Positions 35,260-49,354 of a DNA stretch of 64,000 bases are shown one piece after another. The number at the start of each line of letters is the position of its first letter. Positions within the stretch are counted from its first letter, which is position 1. The position numbers and the translations under genes are program-made. The notes under the pieces were generated by a model. That model was not told the origin of the DNA. It saw nothing but the letters and a program-made list of their open reading frames with translations, and ran no database searches. Origin of the DNA: Narcine bancroftii (taxonomy: Eukaryota); contig NC_091470.1 of assembly GCF_036971445.1 (NCBI RefSeq), positions 55,738,001 through 55,802,000 of the forward strand, written 5' to 3'.

Positions 35260-36825
35260 GTGGGTGTAAATAGCTTTTAGTGAAAACTTATAAATGTCAT
35301 ATCCAAGTAATTGTGTTGAAAAGTTGTACTCTTAATGTTTTTTTTGGGGGTTTGGCTTTTATGCAATAGCTATTCATTGACACTCCAGAAAACATTTTTT
35401 GATTTAACTTTGTGATTTTTATATGATGCAAATATTATTTCTCTTAGTTTGTAATATTGTAATTTGACTTGTAAATTAGAATAATGTTAGCATTTACAAG
35501 ACTGGCATTTTTAAAGCAAGTTATTTTAATGTACAGTAATGGAAAATATGCTGTATGCAATTTTCATGTTGACCTGTCTGAATAATTTAGTTTATTTTTC
35601 CAATAATGGATTAAAATTATTCTTTTTCACAATACCATTACCAAAAATGTTATTTAATTAAAATTAAAGCCAAACGAAATGTTATATTTTCCTGTGTTTT
35701 GTTTTTCTTAATGCCAAGAGCACATGGATGGTAATTTAATACTGCATATCTAGTTTTGAAACACGAAAGCAAGGACTAGAAAAAAAATATCAAGAGACCA
35801 CACTTGACTTGACAATCTGATCTCCTCATACCACCTCATCTTTATTGGCCTGTTATATTCAGCAACGCCCATAAAAAATGCTGGAAACGCTTGACAGACA
35901 GGCAGCAATTGAAGTTTCAGGTCAATAATCTTTCGTCTGAACTGGGAAATGTAAGAAATGTGTAACAAAGAGAGACTGGCATAAGTTAAGATCGTATAAT
36001 TACTCCGTTCCTTTTAACTTTCGCATAACTGGGATGAACATTTTCACATTTCAGCAGTTCCTTTATATTTATTGGAATATTTTTTCTTCTGAATTTTCCA
36101 AATGTCCAAGCAGTTTATTAACACCTCGGCAAAGGTTAATAACCCCAGTTTCTATTCAGGGGAAGTCTCTCATCTTGTGACTGGACAGGTTGTAGTTCTT
36201 GAGATTTAGCAGTGAATTCCACCTGGTTGTCTCTGAATTAGCCAGTTATCAAACTGGAATGTTCATTCTATTTTTTTTACTTTCCACTGCTTATCTTATT
36301 GAGTACTTTCGGTATTTCTCTTTGATTTCTCATAACTGCACTTTTCTTTTTCACTGTTTTAGCATTGTTACTTTTCTCCCTTTGATACTCATTCATCTCC
36401 TTCTTGCATCTCCTTGAGGCAGATCAGGTGGAGCCTTTGGTCTATCTCAGCTGACACCACCACCTCTTGAATCCCTCAGTCTTTGATACTATTTCCTGTT
36501 CCTCTCTCCATAGATGCTGCCCATGCATCATGAATACTTTCAGCATTTTTTTTTAAAACTTCTGCTTCTCCTGCATTTGATTTTAAATAAATAAATTTAA
36601 ATATGAAATATTACAGTATAACCTTAGGGGAATAAAAAAGGTAAAGTAAAATATCAAAGTACTGAGCTGCAGTTTTTCATAGCAGGAGTAGATGGAAAAG
36701 ACTATAACAGGAAATGCATACTTATGGCTTCATAATTGAGCATTCATTTTGCATGCTTTCTGAGATGCTTTTACATAGTTCCAAAAAGTCGTCACTCTAT
36801 TAGACCTTGCTACATTTGTCTTTAG

Positions 36826-36911
36826 GAGCTATTATTGTTTCTACTCCCCAAGACATTGCTTTATTGGATGCACTACGAGCAGCAAAAATGTTTCGCAAAG
36901 TTAGTGTTCCT
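36826..36911 (+). CDS. NUBPL: NUBPL exon 8
   Basis: 86 nt; (G)[28 protein letters not shown]; tttag / gtaagt. Confidence 0.96.
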
Positions 36912-39091
36912 GTAAGTACAATTTAAAAAGTTCTTTTTTTGGTTCATGATTTAAAACTGAATTTGGAATCCAAGAATAAATGACTGTTTTCATGTTGTTA
37001 TTTGATATTTAATAGCTTGAGCAACTAAAAATAGAGTTTGAGGTTGGGTTGTGGAATAATTTGTGCTATCTAATAGCTGAGAATAATTTGTTTACAGAAA
37101 ACATTGTTAGAAATGAGACTCACTGCTTTTGCCACACAAGTTAAAGAAAGGAACAGCAAAATATGGGAAGCCTAATGTGTCGAGAAAATAACTGCAGAAA
37201 CTTAGTTTCAGTAGAATCGGGATGCAGCTTTATCCAGTTGTCAGTGATTTTTGTCAGCCTTGTCAGTCATTTTTCTTGAATTTTTTACATTTATTTCCTC
37301 TCTTCAAGGAGATAATAACTGAATGGTGTCAATTCCATAACAGTTCAGGAATTTTGAAGTGCGTTGTCCAATCTTGTAAGCTGAGACACACAGAATGAGA
37401 ACACTATTAGATGGTTGGGATTTTGCAACTTATCTTGATAGTAATGGATATTTGAAAATGAACAGCAGTTGGGACTTGGCATCTAACTATTGCCATTGTA
37501 TGGCTGAGGGACACTGGGGTTTGACTTGGCTAATTCGACCTTCTATCATTACTACCCATAAAAAGTTCAATTTGCCACAAGTAAAACACGAAAATCTGCA
37601 GACACAGTAGTTGTGTTTTTACTTAATTTGCCTCAGTTAGATTTTTATTTCCTTGTAACCCCAATAAACAGCAGGATGATGTGTGCATTTGAACAACAAT
37701 GTACTGGAGGCTGATTCTGGATTCATACAGGAATGCTATGAAAAATCCACCTCTGGAACTATAAACTTATTTTGCTTCAGTCATTATTGCAGACTGCAAC
37801 ATTCCAGATTGAGTCTATTTTTTTCTGTATTGTGGCCTTGCAGACAGTGAAAAGAAGTATATCAGCTTTCTAAAAGAAATATGATTAAGAATATGCCCTG
37901 ATTTTTACTATCTATTTAGTTTTTGATCTTAGACACCAATTTGGTTGAAAATTCAAGTGTTATCTGAGAAGTTCAATAAGAACTTGAAGGAGAAAGATTA
38001 AATTTTGTCCCTTCAAATCACATAAGAGAGGCATAAATAGATCAAGAATGGGCAATGTTCTCTGATTACAAAGTAAATGATTGAGATTGCAGTTTGTTAT
38101 TTTTGACCAGGGCTGTGAGTGAGGCAGCAGCAGGAAAACACAGATGTGAATAAAGAGTTTTGACATAGAGGGAACAGATGGACAAAATCAGATGAGTTGA
38201 GGTTTTTGATCCTGTTCGGTGGGGTAAAAGAGAAGTCCAATTGATGAACAAGGAAATACTCATTGAAACTGTTACAGTTAAGGATCAAAAGAGGCAAAAA
38301 GTAATTAGGATATTAACATATTGAGTCTTGAATCTTGAGAAACCTGGTAGACAGAAGCTTCAAATTAGGATGATTGAAGAATGATTAGTTAAGGAACTGG
38401 GAGAAACTAATGGCAGCAGTTGCGTGCATGTTTCAGCTTTGGAGACCAAAACATCCACGAATTTTTTTCAATTGAAACAAAAATTATGGATGGATTTGGC
38501 AGTCAGAACACTGAGACTGAAAACTGAACAAGGGTTGGAATTGAAGTTGCACAAACTTCATTAAAGTTGGACCCTAATCTCTGACACAGAGGTTCTCCAT
38601 CCCATGAGTCAAGATTGAATTTGAATCCAAAACAATTGCTTTCATTTATCAAAGAGAATGATTCAACCAAATAAGTCTACCTTTTGAACTGGAATTTTTC
38701 TTTGATAATTAGGTTCAATTATTGTTTTCTTTGATTTTGATATTCTTGTGCTCAAAGTGGGAAGAAGTATCTTTCTGAAGGATGCTAAATTGACCTAAAA
38801 CCAGAAGTTATCAAATACTTCAATAATTTCAGAATTGTAAACTCACAAAGCAGTAAATGATATAAATAGAAATTTACTGCAATATGCTGATGTATAAACA
38901 ATTTCCTCGCATTCTGAATAATCACAAGTATAGAGTGGCTGCAGATAATCAGTTGATCAATTTTAGGCATACGTCTTTCCAATATCCAACCTATTTGGCA
39001 AACTTAAATTGGCAACTGTGTTTTACTTGTATTAGATTAATTGTAACATACTTCAGCGTCATATTCACTTTGCACCTCCTTCTTTTGACAG

Positions 39092-39212
39092 GTTCTTGGT
39101 ATTGTTCAAAACATGAGTGTCTTCCAGTGTCCAAAGTGTAAACATGAGACTCATATCTTTGGGGCTGAAGGAGCAAAAGGACTGGCAGCAGAACTTGAAT
39201 TAGATGTCCTAG
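39092..39212 (+). CDS. NUBPL: NUBPL exon 9 (CxxC Fe-S ligand motif)
   Basis: 121 nt; [40 protein letters not shown]; gacag / gtacag. Confidence 0.97.
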
Positions 39213-39254
39213 GTACAGAGCAAAATTAAAGATCTCTTTGGCATTAAGTTGTAG

Positions 39255-42200
39255 GACATGGGACATTACATCACAGTACAGGCCCTTCAGCCCACGATAT
39301 GTGCTGAACTATGTTACATTCTCAGCAACAGTCTAATTCTTCCCTACTTCACTCCCATCACCCTCTTTTTCTTGCATCCATGTGCCTATGTAAGAGTCTT
39401 TTTAATGTCCTTTTTGTACCAGCCTCCAACACCACCCCCATCAGTGCATTCCAAGCACCCTCCACTCTATGACATCTCCCCTGAACTTTCCTCCACTGAT
39501 CTTAAACAGATATCCTCCTGGTATATGCTTTTGTCGCTCCAGGTTAAAAGGTACTGGCTGTCCACTCAATCTTTTATACGATTAATTCACCTCTGATGCT
39601 TTATCTCTCTAAAGAGAAAAGCCTTAGCTCTATCAACCTTGCTCCAGAAGATGTCTTCAGTTCAGACAACAACCTGGTAAATCTCTGCTGCACCCTCTCC
39701 AGGGCATCTACATCATCCCTTTAATGAGGAGATCATAACTGAACTGAATAGAAGTATGGTCAAACCAGAGGTTATTTTTGAGCTGCAAAAATCTCCTACT
39801 TCCCTCTGGTTTCTGCAGGCAGGCCAATTCTGAATCTCACAGCTCTTAAACTCTATCCTCTGACTAATGCAGTATATCTTTTTAACCACCCCATCAACTT
39901 GCATGAGAACCTTGAGAGATCTATGCACTTTGTTTCTCAATGCTGCAAAAATCCTTTAACCACATACTTTGACCTTCAAAGTACATCATTTAAACATCTA
40001 GAATAAACTCTATCTACCACTTCTCTTCTGAACTCCATCCTGCCTATATCCTGTGGTAACCTATGATATCTACACCATCTGCAACACATCTAACTTTTGA
40101 ATTATCTGAAATGTAGTGACCCATCCTTCCACTTCTTCATCCAAGACATTTATATAAAAAAAAATCACAAAGAGCAGGGGTTGCAGAAAAGATCCCTGCA
40201 GGATGTCACTAGTCACCAGCCTCCAGGTAGAATACATTCCATCTACTACTTCTGCAAGCAAACCAGTTCTGAATCCACACAGCTAAAGTTGCATGGATCC
40301 CATACCTCATGACTTTCTGAATGAGCCTACCATGGCAGACCTTTTCCAATACTCACTAAAAACCATATACACCACATCACCACCTTACCTTCATCAATTC
40401 CTCTTTTTTTTTTAACTTCCTCACAAAACTCAAATAGACTTGTGAGACACAACCAGCCCCTCACAAAGCCATTCTGACTATCCCTGAGAAGACTATTTAT
40501 TTCTAAATGCTTGTAATTCCTGTCATTGAACCATAGAACATTATAGCACAGAAACAGGCCTCTTTGGCCATTTTAGTCTGTGCAGAACCATCTTCTTTTG
40601 TCTTTCTTCACCTTGATCTACTCCCACTGACCTGCACCCTGTTCATAGCCCTCCATAACTCTCCCATCCATGTACCTGTCCAAATTCCTCTTAAATGTTA
40701 AAATTGAGCACACATTCACGACTTTAGCTGGAAGCTCATGCCACACCCCCACCACATTTTGTATGAAGAAGTTCTTCCCTCATGTTCCCCTTAAACTTTC
40801 CCCTTTCACTCTTAGCCCATTGTCTTCTGGTTTGCATCTCACCTAGCCTTAGTGGAAAAAGCCTATCTACATTTACTCTGTCAATCCCCTTCATAATTTT
40901 AAATACTTTTATCAAATCGCCCCTAATTCTTCTATGCTCCAGCAAATAAAATCCTAACCTGTTTAACCTTTCCCTGTAACTCAGTTCCTGAAGTCTGGGC
41001 AACATCCTAGTAAATCTTCTCTGCACTTTTTCTATCCTTTTGATATCTTTCCTGCAGTTAGTTAAAACTGCACATAATACTCCAAATTTGGCATCACCAA
41101 TGTCTTGTACAAACTTTAACATAGCATCTCAACTCCTGTTCTCAATACTTTGATTTATGAAGGCCAATATGCCAAAAGCTCTTTTATCACCTCTATCCAC
41201 TTTCAGGGAATTATGTATCTGTATTCCCAGATCCCTCTGTTCTACTGTACTCCTTAATGCCCTACCATTTACTGTATATGTCCTTTTTTGGTTTGTCCTT
41301 CCAAAATGCAACACCTCACACTTGTCTATATTAAATTTCGTCTGCCATTTTTCAGCCCATTTTTCTAGCTGGTCCTGATCCCTCTGCAAGCTTTGAAAAA
41401 TTCTTCGCTGACCACAACACCTCCAATCTTAGTGTCATCTGCAAACTTGCTGATCCAATTTACCACATTATCATCCAGATCATTGATATAGATGACAGAC
41501 AGCAATGGTCCCAGCACTGATCCCTGAGGCACACCACTAGTCACAGGCCTCCAAACTAAGAAGCAATCATCCACCACTACTCTCTGGGTTCTCTTGTCCA
41601 GCCATTGTTAAATCCAATTCACTACTTCACCATGAATACCTAGCGTCTGAACCTTAAGAATCTTCCCCAATAGTTTGCTCACCGCTGAAGCAAGTCTCAC
41701 TGGTTGAAAATTCCCAGAGTTTCCCTCTTGCTTTTCTTCGGGGACTATATTTGCCATTCTCCAAACCTCCAGTAACTCTCCTGCATCCAAGGAGGATGCA
41801 AAAATCATTGCCAATGGCCCAATAATCAGGGAATATTCTGTCCAGTCCCAGTAATTCTTCTATCTGAATCATTAGAAGATCCAGTACTTCCTCTTTCTTC
41901 ACCTTGATCTACTCCAGCATTGACCTGTTACATTCTCCAAGGTCGCTCACCCTAGTGAACACTGAAGCAAAATATTAATTTAGGATCTCTCTATCTCCAG
42001 GCACATATTCCCACCCCCCCCGCCCCACCATCCCTTTTTGCTCCTACTCTTACTCTGGTCTCATTTCTGTTCTTCACATGTATTGAAATCCTTCTGATTT
42101 TTGCTTAATCCTACTTGCCAAGAACTTCTCATACCCTCTTCGAGTTCTCCCAAGTCCTTTCTTAAGTTCCTTCCTGGCTAACGTATAATTCTCGTGAGCC

Positions 42201-42990
42201 CTTCCTGACCGTTGCTTCCTAAATCTGGTATATGCTTCCTTCTTCCTCTTGAATTGCTGTTGCATCTTGCTTATGAACCATAGTTCCTTTACCCTACCAT
42301 CTTTTCCATGTTTCAGACAAACCTGTCCAGGACTTGCAAGTTATACTTAAACATCCTCCATATTTCCGCTACGCATTTCCCTGAGAACACCAGTTCCAAA
42401 TTCATTCTCCCAAGTTCGTCCTTGGGAGAATGTAATTGGCCCTTCCCCAATTAAAACCTTTTCCATTTTGTCTACTTCTATCCTTGTCCATAGTGATGCT
42501 AAAAGTCAGGGATTTGTTGTCACTGTCGATGAAATGCTTAATCACCAAGTAGTCTGTTGGCTGACCAGGTTCGTTACCCGGTATGGCCTCTCCTCTGGTT
42601 ATCTTGTTGACATACTGTTTCTGGAATCTTTCTTGGTCACGCCTGACAAATTCTGCTCTGTGAACATATTGCACAAAGGCAATGCCAGTCAATATTAGGG
42701 AAGTGAAGTCTCCCATCACAACAATCCTGTTATTTTTGGACTTCTGCCTTTTTCTCTTCTCAGTATCCCAGTGGCTAATTGGGAGCCTATAGAATACTCC
42801 CAATAAAGTGATTGCTCCCTTCCTGTTTCTGACTTCCATCCAGAATGATTTTCTGCAGGGGCAGATATTCTATCTGACTTTTATCTCCTCCCAATCCCTT
42901 TTTGAAACCTCTAAACCCCAGAACTTGCATTAACTAATCCTGTCCTTGTGTCAGCCAAGTCTCTAATGGCCATTACATCATAAGTTGACT
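39255..42990 (-). mobile_element. CR1 LINE with a second CR1 copy nested at about 40528-41652
   Basis: [24 protein letters not shown]...[21 protein letters not shown], and endonuclease remnants GVFYR...IVVMGDF; two separate 3' tails at about 39255 and 40528. Confidence 0.88.
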
Positions 42991-43097
42991 GAAAAATGGT
43001 CATGATTTTCTATTTCGTATACCATGTATAATAACCTGATTTTTGTCTTCAGATTTGATAAGACTAGAAAGATGAAAGTTCTGATGTCTTTTTATAG

Positions 43098-43180
43098 GTG
43101 ATATTCCACTACATGTAAATATAAGAGAAATGTCAGATAAAGGCCAGCCTATTATTGTATCTCATCCAGACAGTCCAGAG
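43098..43180 (+). CDS. NUBPL: NUBPL exon 10
   Basis: 83 nt; (G)[27 protein letters not shown]; tatag / gtatgt. Confidence 0.96.
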
Positions 43181-43284
43181 GTATGTTGCATTTTGGTATA
43201 AATATTTTAATGTTTTAATTTCTCCTTGCTATCAAAACTCAATTTTGAATATTGATGTGTGCTTTTGATGTGATGTGAAATTTA

Positions 43285-43965
43285 ATGTTAAATGTGAAGT
43301 ATTACACTTTGACAGCAAGAATGTAAACTAAAAGGCGCAATTCTAAAAGAAATATGAGAATAAACATCTGGGGTACGTTTACATAGTTCATTGAAAGTGG
43401 CAGGAAAGTATGACAAAATGGTTAAAATCACTTTGGATGCTGATTTTTAACATAGAAAGGTACAGATGTTTTGGTGAACTATTATTGAATGCTGGACTCT
43501 GACCGGTTCAGCTAGAACTGGACTGACCAGTTCTGGCTTCTACACTTTACAAAATATGTCAAAACAGGAGAGATTTACCAAATTTATTCCAGGGATGAGG
43601 GGATCTAGTTATTTTCATTGACTGGAGATCCTTGGATTGATGCAGAAGCATTTACAAGGGACTCTAAAAGGTAAAAAAAAAGTTGATGGTTGGGTTGAGA
43701 ACCTTTCATCAGAGAATTAAGGTGATTGGCAAAAGAACCAGAAGTAATTATGAAGAAAAAAAGGTATTTTTTAGTAAGCAAAGTTTGGAATGCATTGCCA
43801 GGGGTCATGGTGGAGGCACATTCCATTGTGTCATTTAAGATGGAGCAAGTTAAATATCAGAACAAAAGGAAGATGCAGAGCTCTATTTGGAACAGAAGTG
43901 TGAATAGAGCTGGTTGTTTTACTCTTGCATATTGCAATTGGGCCAAATGGTCTTTTACACTGTGA
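43285..43965 (+). mobile_element. CR1 LINE 3' fragment
   Basis: 'gtgaagtattacactttg' and KVWNALPGVMVEAHSIVSFK remnant. Confidence 0.65.
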
Positions 43966-44068
43966 TTAAATCACAAAATATGGAATATTAAGCCGTCTGA
44001 TGTTGATAAGTTGGTGTTTTTTTTCCCCCATTTACTTTGTGATATACAATATATGCACATTTTCCAAT

Positions 44069-45001
44069 TGTTACAGGTTATTATGTTTATGGATAAATAT
44101 GTCTTTCAAAGAGATTGTGGAGGGTTTAGTGTAGGTCACTTTACAAACAGGGTAACACTTCACAAAAGACATCTCATTTAAAATGCAGGAGCCTTGCTGA
44201 AGCTCCTGGTTCAAACTCCAGGCTCAAATGCTAATAAGATCTTTAAACGATTGGGTTTGGAGCCTTGGGGGAGGTTTTGGTTTTTACAAGCAGCAAGAGG
44301 AAAGAACAAACAGGATTCTTCTCTGAGAGAGAGAGAAGGAGTGAAGTAAGTCTTGCAGTAGAAGGTGAGGCTGCAGAATGGCAAGTTGGCAGGCTTGTTG
44401 AAAGACCCCATTTTGAAGATGGGTTGTGAGTTCTGCCTTTTCAAAATCCTTGTAGTCCTTACAAGAGGAAATGGCTAGCTAGTGTTTCTCCTGAAATAAG
44501 GGAACCAAGAGTTACTCTGTGGTGACCTGGAAGAAGAGATTATCATTTAGAAAACCCATGGTGGGGCAAGTTTCTTCGGCAAGACATTGAAGTGACTGAT
44601 TGGAGGAAATCAGTTTTTTGTGTGTTCAACGAGCAATGAATCTCTCTCTGAAACCAACAAGAATCTTCCTGAGTGGTAACCATTTAACTTTAAACACCAG
44701 AACCTGGTGAAGATTCATAAATGTTGATATGTGCACAGTATAAGAATTGTCTGATACCAGTGAACTTGGAGAAGTGAGAAGTGAATGATTGGACTGTGAA
44801 TCAAAAATCTTTCCTGAATATGTACACATTACATACACGTACACTTAGAATTAGAATGGGGTTAAGTTGATAGTAATAAGTTAAAGTTTGATCCTGTTTT
44901 TATGTTTAAAGAAAATTAAAAGCAACTTTTGTTTAAGTAACCCTTGTCTCGGTGAATTTCTATTGCTGGTGGGTTTTGGAGTCCTCTGGGCTCGTGTAAC
45001 A
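44069..45001. mobile_element. Solo LTR, 933 bp
   Basis: Termini TGTTAC...GTAACA with an exact 4-bp TSD CAAT (44065-44068 / 45002-45005). Confidence 0.88.
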
Positions 45002-45647
45002 CAATAATCAATTTAATTTGAACTTATTTAGTCTGTTTGGAAGGTGAATGCAAAAAATCCTTTTCAAGTTGTGAAAAGGTCATCAACATCATAATAATGA
45101 TCATCTCATGCAAGCTTTTCAGCTTTTGCAGTTGAATTGGACATAGTGAGGCTTATGATCCTTGTGGAGTACAGTGCAAGTATCACAAAGCACTGTTGTC
45201 TGAGTATCTTGGCAATTGAATCTCTAAGCTGCATGGTGTCAAGGAGCAAAGGAAGAAGATGTGATTTGACTGAATATTTCATTATGCTCTGCATTAATAT
45301 TCATGATTTTTTAAAAAAGTGCAGCTTGTCAGTTGATGAAACAAAATAGATGCAGATAATGAAGGAATTGCATGTGCAGACAAGACTTCAAATTGTGGTC
45401 TTTTTAACTGAAGACCATGACAAATAATTGCCAAAGGGAGTTTGTTTTTGGAATGTTTTCTTTGTGGTAGAAATACATTTTTGTTGTTTAGTTAGTGCAT
45501 TGATTTTCTGCATTGATTTGATTAATGCATTGATTTTCTGAAATATTATTCACTGTCTTGGCAGTTTCTGAATGATGTGCACTTCAAAAAAAAAGAATAA
45601 CCATCAGTATTCGGCATCTGATAAGTACACATCAGATAAATTATCCT

Positions 45648-45833
45648 TGTACTGACAATAACCACACCAGCAGTGCGATTATAAGACAGCTTTCATAAAC
45701 TAATATGTACACTAAGGTCTTGTCTCTCTGCAAGACGAACCTGGAAGGCTAGACTGTAGCTCTGCACTGCTTTATATACAAGGACACCGGGATGACCCCT
45801 GGTGACCTAGTGGTGTAATGACATATCACCACA
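45648..45833 (-). mobile_element. Short solo LTR, 186 bp
   Basis: TG...CA termini with an exact 5-bp TSD ATCCT (45643-45647 / 45834-45838); TATATAAA on the minus strand near 45775. Confidence 0.8.
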
Positions 45834-45865
45834 ATCCTAATAGTTTTTCTGCTTTTATTTTATAG

Positions 45866-45928
45866 GCCAATGCCTATCTGAGACTTACCGCTGAGGTGGT
45901 GAAAAGACTACCAATACCTCTCACATGA
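45866..45928 (+). CDS. NUBPL: NUBPL exon 11 (last coding exon, includes stop)
   Basis: 63 nt; ANAYLRLTAEVVKRLPIPLT*; ttttatag acceptor. Confidence 0.95.
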   Translation, partial: ANAYLRLTAEVVKRLPIPLT

Positions 45929-46220
45929 GCAGTGGGATGTTCCAGTCTACTTGAGACTTTAATTTTCTTTTTTTTGTTGTCTCAATTATATAAGTTAAAT
46001 TCCTGCTCAAAAGACCACTGCTGGACCAGATTTGAGCAGGTTAATGAAAACTGCAACATATGACCATAGAAAATATTTTATGTATATATATATAGTACAG
46101 AGAACTCAGTTTTCCAGCCAATACCAAGATTTAATTGTTGGTTCTAATGTGAGGTCACTCTTTTACTGACTGCAGTTAAATATAGTATGTATGTTGTGCA
46201 CTGAGAGTGTAATTTTTCCA

Positions 46221-46226
46221 AATAAA
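46221..46226 (+). terminator. NUBPL poly(A) signal
   Basis: AATAAA about 290 nt after the stop, followed by T-rich sequence. Confidence 0.7.
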
Positions 46227-46349
46227 ACCTTTTAAAAATCACTTAAAATTGTAATAATTTGTTTTCCCTTCACCCATAGCATCTTACATTTTTTTTTCAA
46301 AATTTTATGTCTCATCCTTTAAATACCACTCAAAAATTTCTTGCGAGTA

Positions 46350-48900
46350 AAGAAAATAGGAGGAGGACTAGGCCATTAAGTCCTTCAATCCTTTCTCATC
46401 TTCACATGATCATGGCTGTTCTATGCTGGCCTTTACCATTTCTCAATACCCCTCTAATTCTTGATCTATTTTAACTGCTTCCAAAAATCCAGCTTCCACT
46501 ACCTGTCGGGGCAAAGGATTCGAGAAATTCATCACCCTCTGAGAAAAATTTCCACATATCTCAATTTTAAAATGGCCAGCTCTTTATTGTTATATCCCCT
46601 TGTTCAAGACTTTCCCACAAATGAAAACATCCCTATATATACACTGTCAAGCCCCTTAGGATCTCATGTGTTTGAATAGGTCACTCCTCATTCCTCTGAG
46701 GAATACTCTGAGGAATATTTTGAGTCTCTTCTGGCAACCCTTTCATCTCCATCAATTAATCTGGTGAATCTCCTTCAAACTGCCTCAAATATTACACATT
46801 TGTAGGTAAAGTGGTCTCACCAGCATCTTGTACAATTCTGACAAAACCTCCCAATTTTTAAACATGAACCCTTTTGGAATAAAGGCCAAGATGCTGTTTA
46901 CCTTAACTACTTGTTGGATCTACCTGCTAGCTTTTTGTGATGCACGTAGGAACAGATCTAGATCCATTTGGCATTCATTTTAAGATTTATTGTCAGAGTA
47001 CAAACATTATATCACATACAACCCTGAGATTCTTTTTTCCTGTGGGCAGCCAGACCCAGCAGAATTACCACTAATTGGTGGTGCAAAAAATAAGGTGTGC
47101 ACAGCATAAGCATCTAAATAAATAAATTTATGTAACAGATAATGAATATAAACAAACTGCAACACAGAGAGAATAAAAGAAAATCAATAAAGAGCACAAG
47201 AGTCCTTAAATGAGTCTCTGCTTGAGTTTATGATTGAGAAATCTGATGGTGGAGGGGGTAGCAGCTGTTTCTGAACCTGGTTGTGTGAGTCTTGTGGCAT
47301 CTATACCTCTTTTCTGATGGCAGAAGTGAGAACAGAGCTTGTGCTGGGTGGTATGGGTCCTTGATGATTGCTGCTGCCCTCCAATGGCAATGTTCCCTGT
47401 AGATGTACTAAATAGTGGGGAGGGTTTTGTCTGTGATGTCCTGGGCTGTCCACTACCTTTTGGGAAGCTTTTTGCTTAGGGGTATTGGTCTTCCCATACC
47501 GGACCACAATGCAGCTGGCCAGCACACTTTCCACCACACCTCTGTAGCAATTTTCCAGGGCTTCTGGTGTCATTACCAAACCTCTGCAAACTCCTGAGGA
47601 AGTAAAGGTACTGATGTGCTTTCTTCATGATGCTTGGTTCCAGGAAAGATCCTCTGAGATAGTGACTCCCATTAACCTAAATTTGCTCACCACTCCGCCT
47701 CTGATTCTCCAGTGATCTCTGGATTGTGTCCCTCCGGCTTTCCTGAAGTCTCTCCACTTTAGAAATAATGTTTTATGATTTCTCTGACTAAAGTGAATGA
47801 CCTTGCATTTCCCCACATTAAATTCCATTTACTTGTTTTGTTCTCACTCTACTTCCTGTTACAGATTGACAATATCTATGTCACATTATATTCCCTTCCA
47901 ATTTGTTTGGTTTCATTGGCAAATTTATACACCTTACTACTCTTTCCTCCAGGCCATTAATGTCAATAGTGGACAACTCCTGGCCAAGAAATGATTTTAC
48001 CAGTCCTCCCACAATTACCTCTTGCCAGCCTGAAAATGTCCTAGTTATTTCAACTTAACTTTCTATGAGGCTATCAGTTTTTAATCCATTCCAACACTTT
48101 TTCTGATACCATATTATTTTAAATTTATTACCAGCCTATCAAATGCCTTATTGAAATCTACAGGTTTCCCTCTATCAGCTCTCTGTTACATCCTCAAAGA
48201 ATTCAAGCAAATTTGTTAACCATAATTTACTATTCATAAAACCACATTGATTTAGTTTAGCAAATCATTCAGTAAAGCTGAATACCGTGTACAACTATTT
48301 CTCCTTTGATTGACTATAGCATCATACTATGTCAAACGAACTGGCCTGTCGTTCTCCCTCTCTGCCTTTCTCCTTTATTTGAATAAAAGAATTACATTGG
48401 CTATTTTCCAATCTGGTATCTTGGAGTTCACTATTTAAAAAAAAATCAACAAATGGGTTGATTTCTCTGCGACTTCTTCCATTAATACCCTAGTCCATCA
48501 GGTCCTGGTGACTTCCCTTCCTTTAGCCCTGGGTTTCTCTAATATTTTATCCTTTCTAATTGAGATTTTTGTAAATGTTTCCATTCTCTTTTTAAATTAG
48601 CCAGTCTAAGATCTTAAGGATAAAAGCAATGTGAAGAATGATGCCAAAAAAATTATTTAAGATGTCTATTTGCTGTTTTAAATTCACCAGACTGGCTCTC
48701 TGAAGTTCCCATATTTACCCAAGCTATCTTCTTATTTGTACATCAAGAGAAAATTTTCCTATTTGATTTTATACTACATGCAAATTTGCTCCAAATTCAT
48801 TTTTTAATCTTCTGCTGCTTGTTCCCATAAACTTCCCAGTTCTCTGATCTTATACTGCGTAGTATACCCTATTTTTGCCTCCTTTCTCAGCCTCTCCAAA
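46350..48900 (-). mobile_element. Degraded CR1 LINE interrupted by a Rex1/Babar 3' fragment (about 46975-47725)
   Basis: MEFNVGKCKVIHF (CR1); YRGVVESVLASCIVVRYG and KFRLMGVTISEDLSW (Rex1). Confidence 0.7.
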
Positions 48901-49354
48901 TCCTGAATAACAACATTGACAATATATGCAACTAAAATGGTACATCCTTGGAAACATACAAATAAATTTTTCCCATAGCCTTGCTATAATCTCCACAGAA
49001 TGTGATGGCCAAAATTGGACAGCTGAGGGTCAAAATGGCATTTTAGAAAGGTTTAATGTCTTGTTTTCTGTATACAAAATTTCATATAATAGATTACATT
49101 TCTTTATTTATCTGTTGTCTCTCTCTTCTCATGCTCTACTTTAAAACAAACATCTAGCCTGCATTGCTTCCTTTTTATTTCACAAAATACGTCACATACA
49201 AACATGATCAAGCAGGAATTGGTCATGAAGAATCCTTCAAGCCTGCTTTGCATTTCAAAAGATTGTGAATGCTCTGCTTGTAACCATTATAACTCATTTC
49301 GATCTACTTGTAGTCATCTTTCAGCCTCATGCTTATCAAGAATCTACCTGCCAA

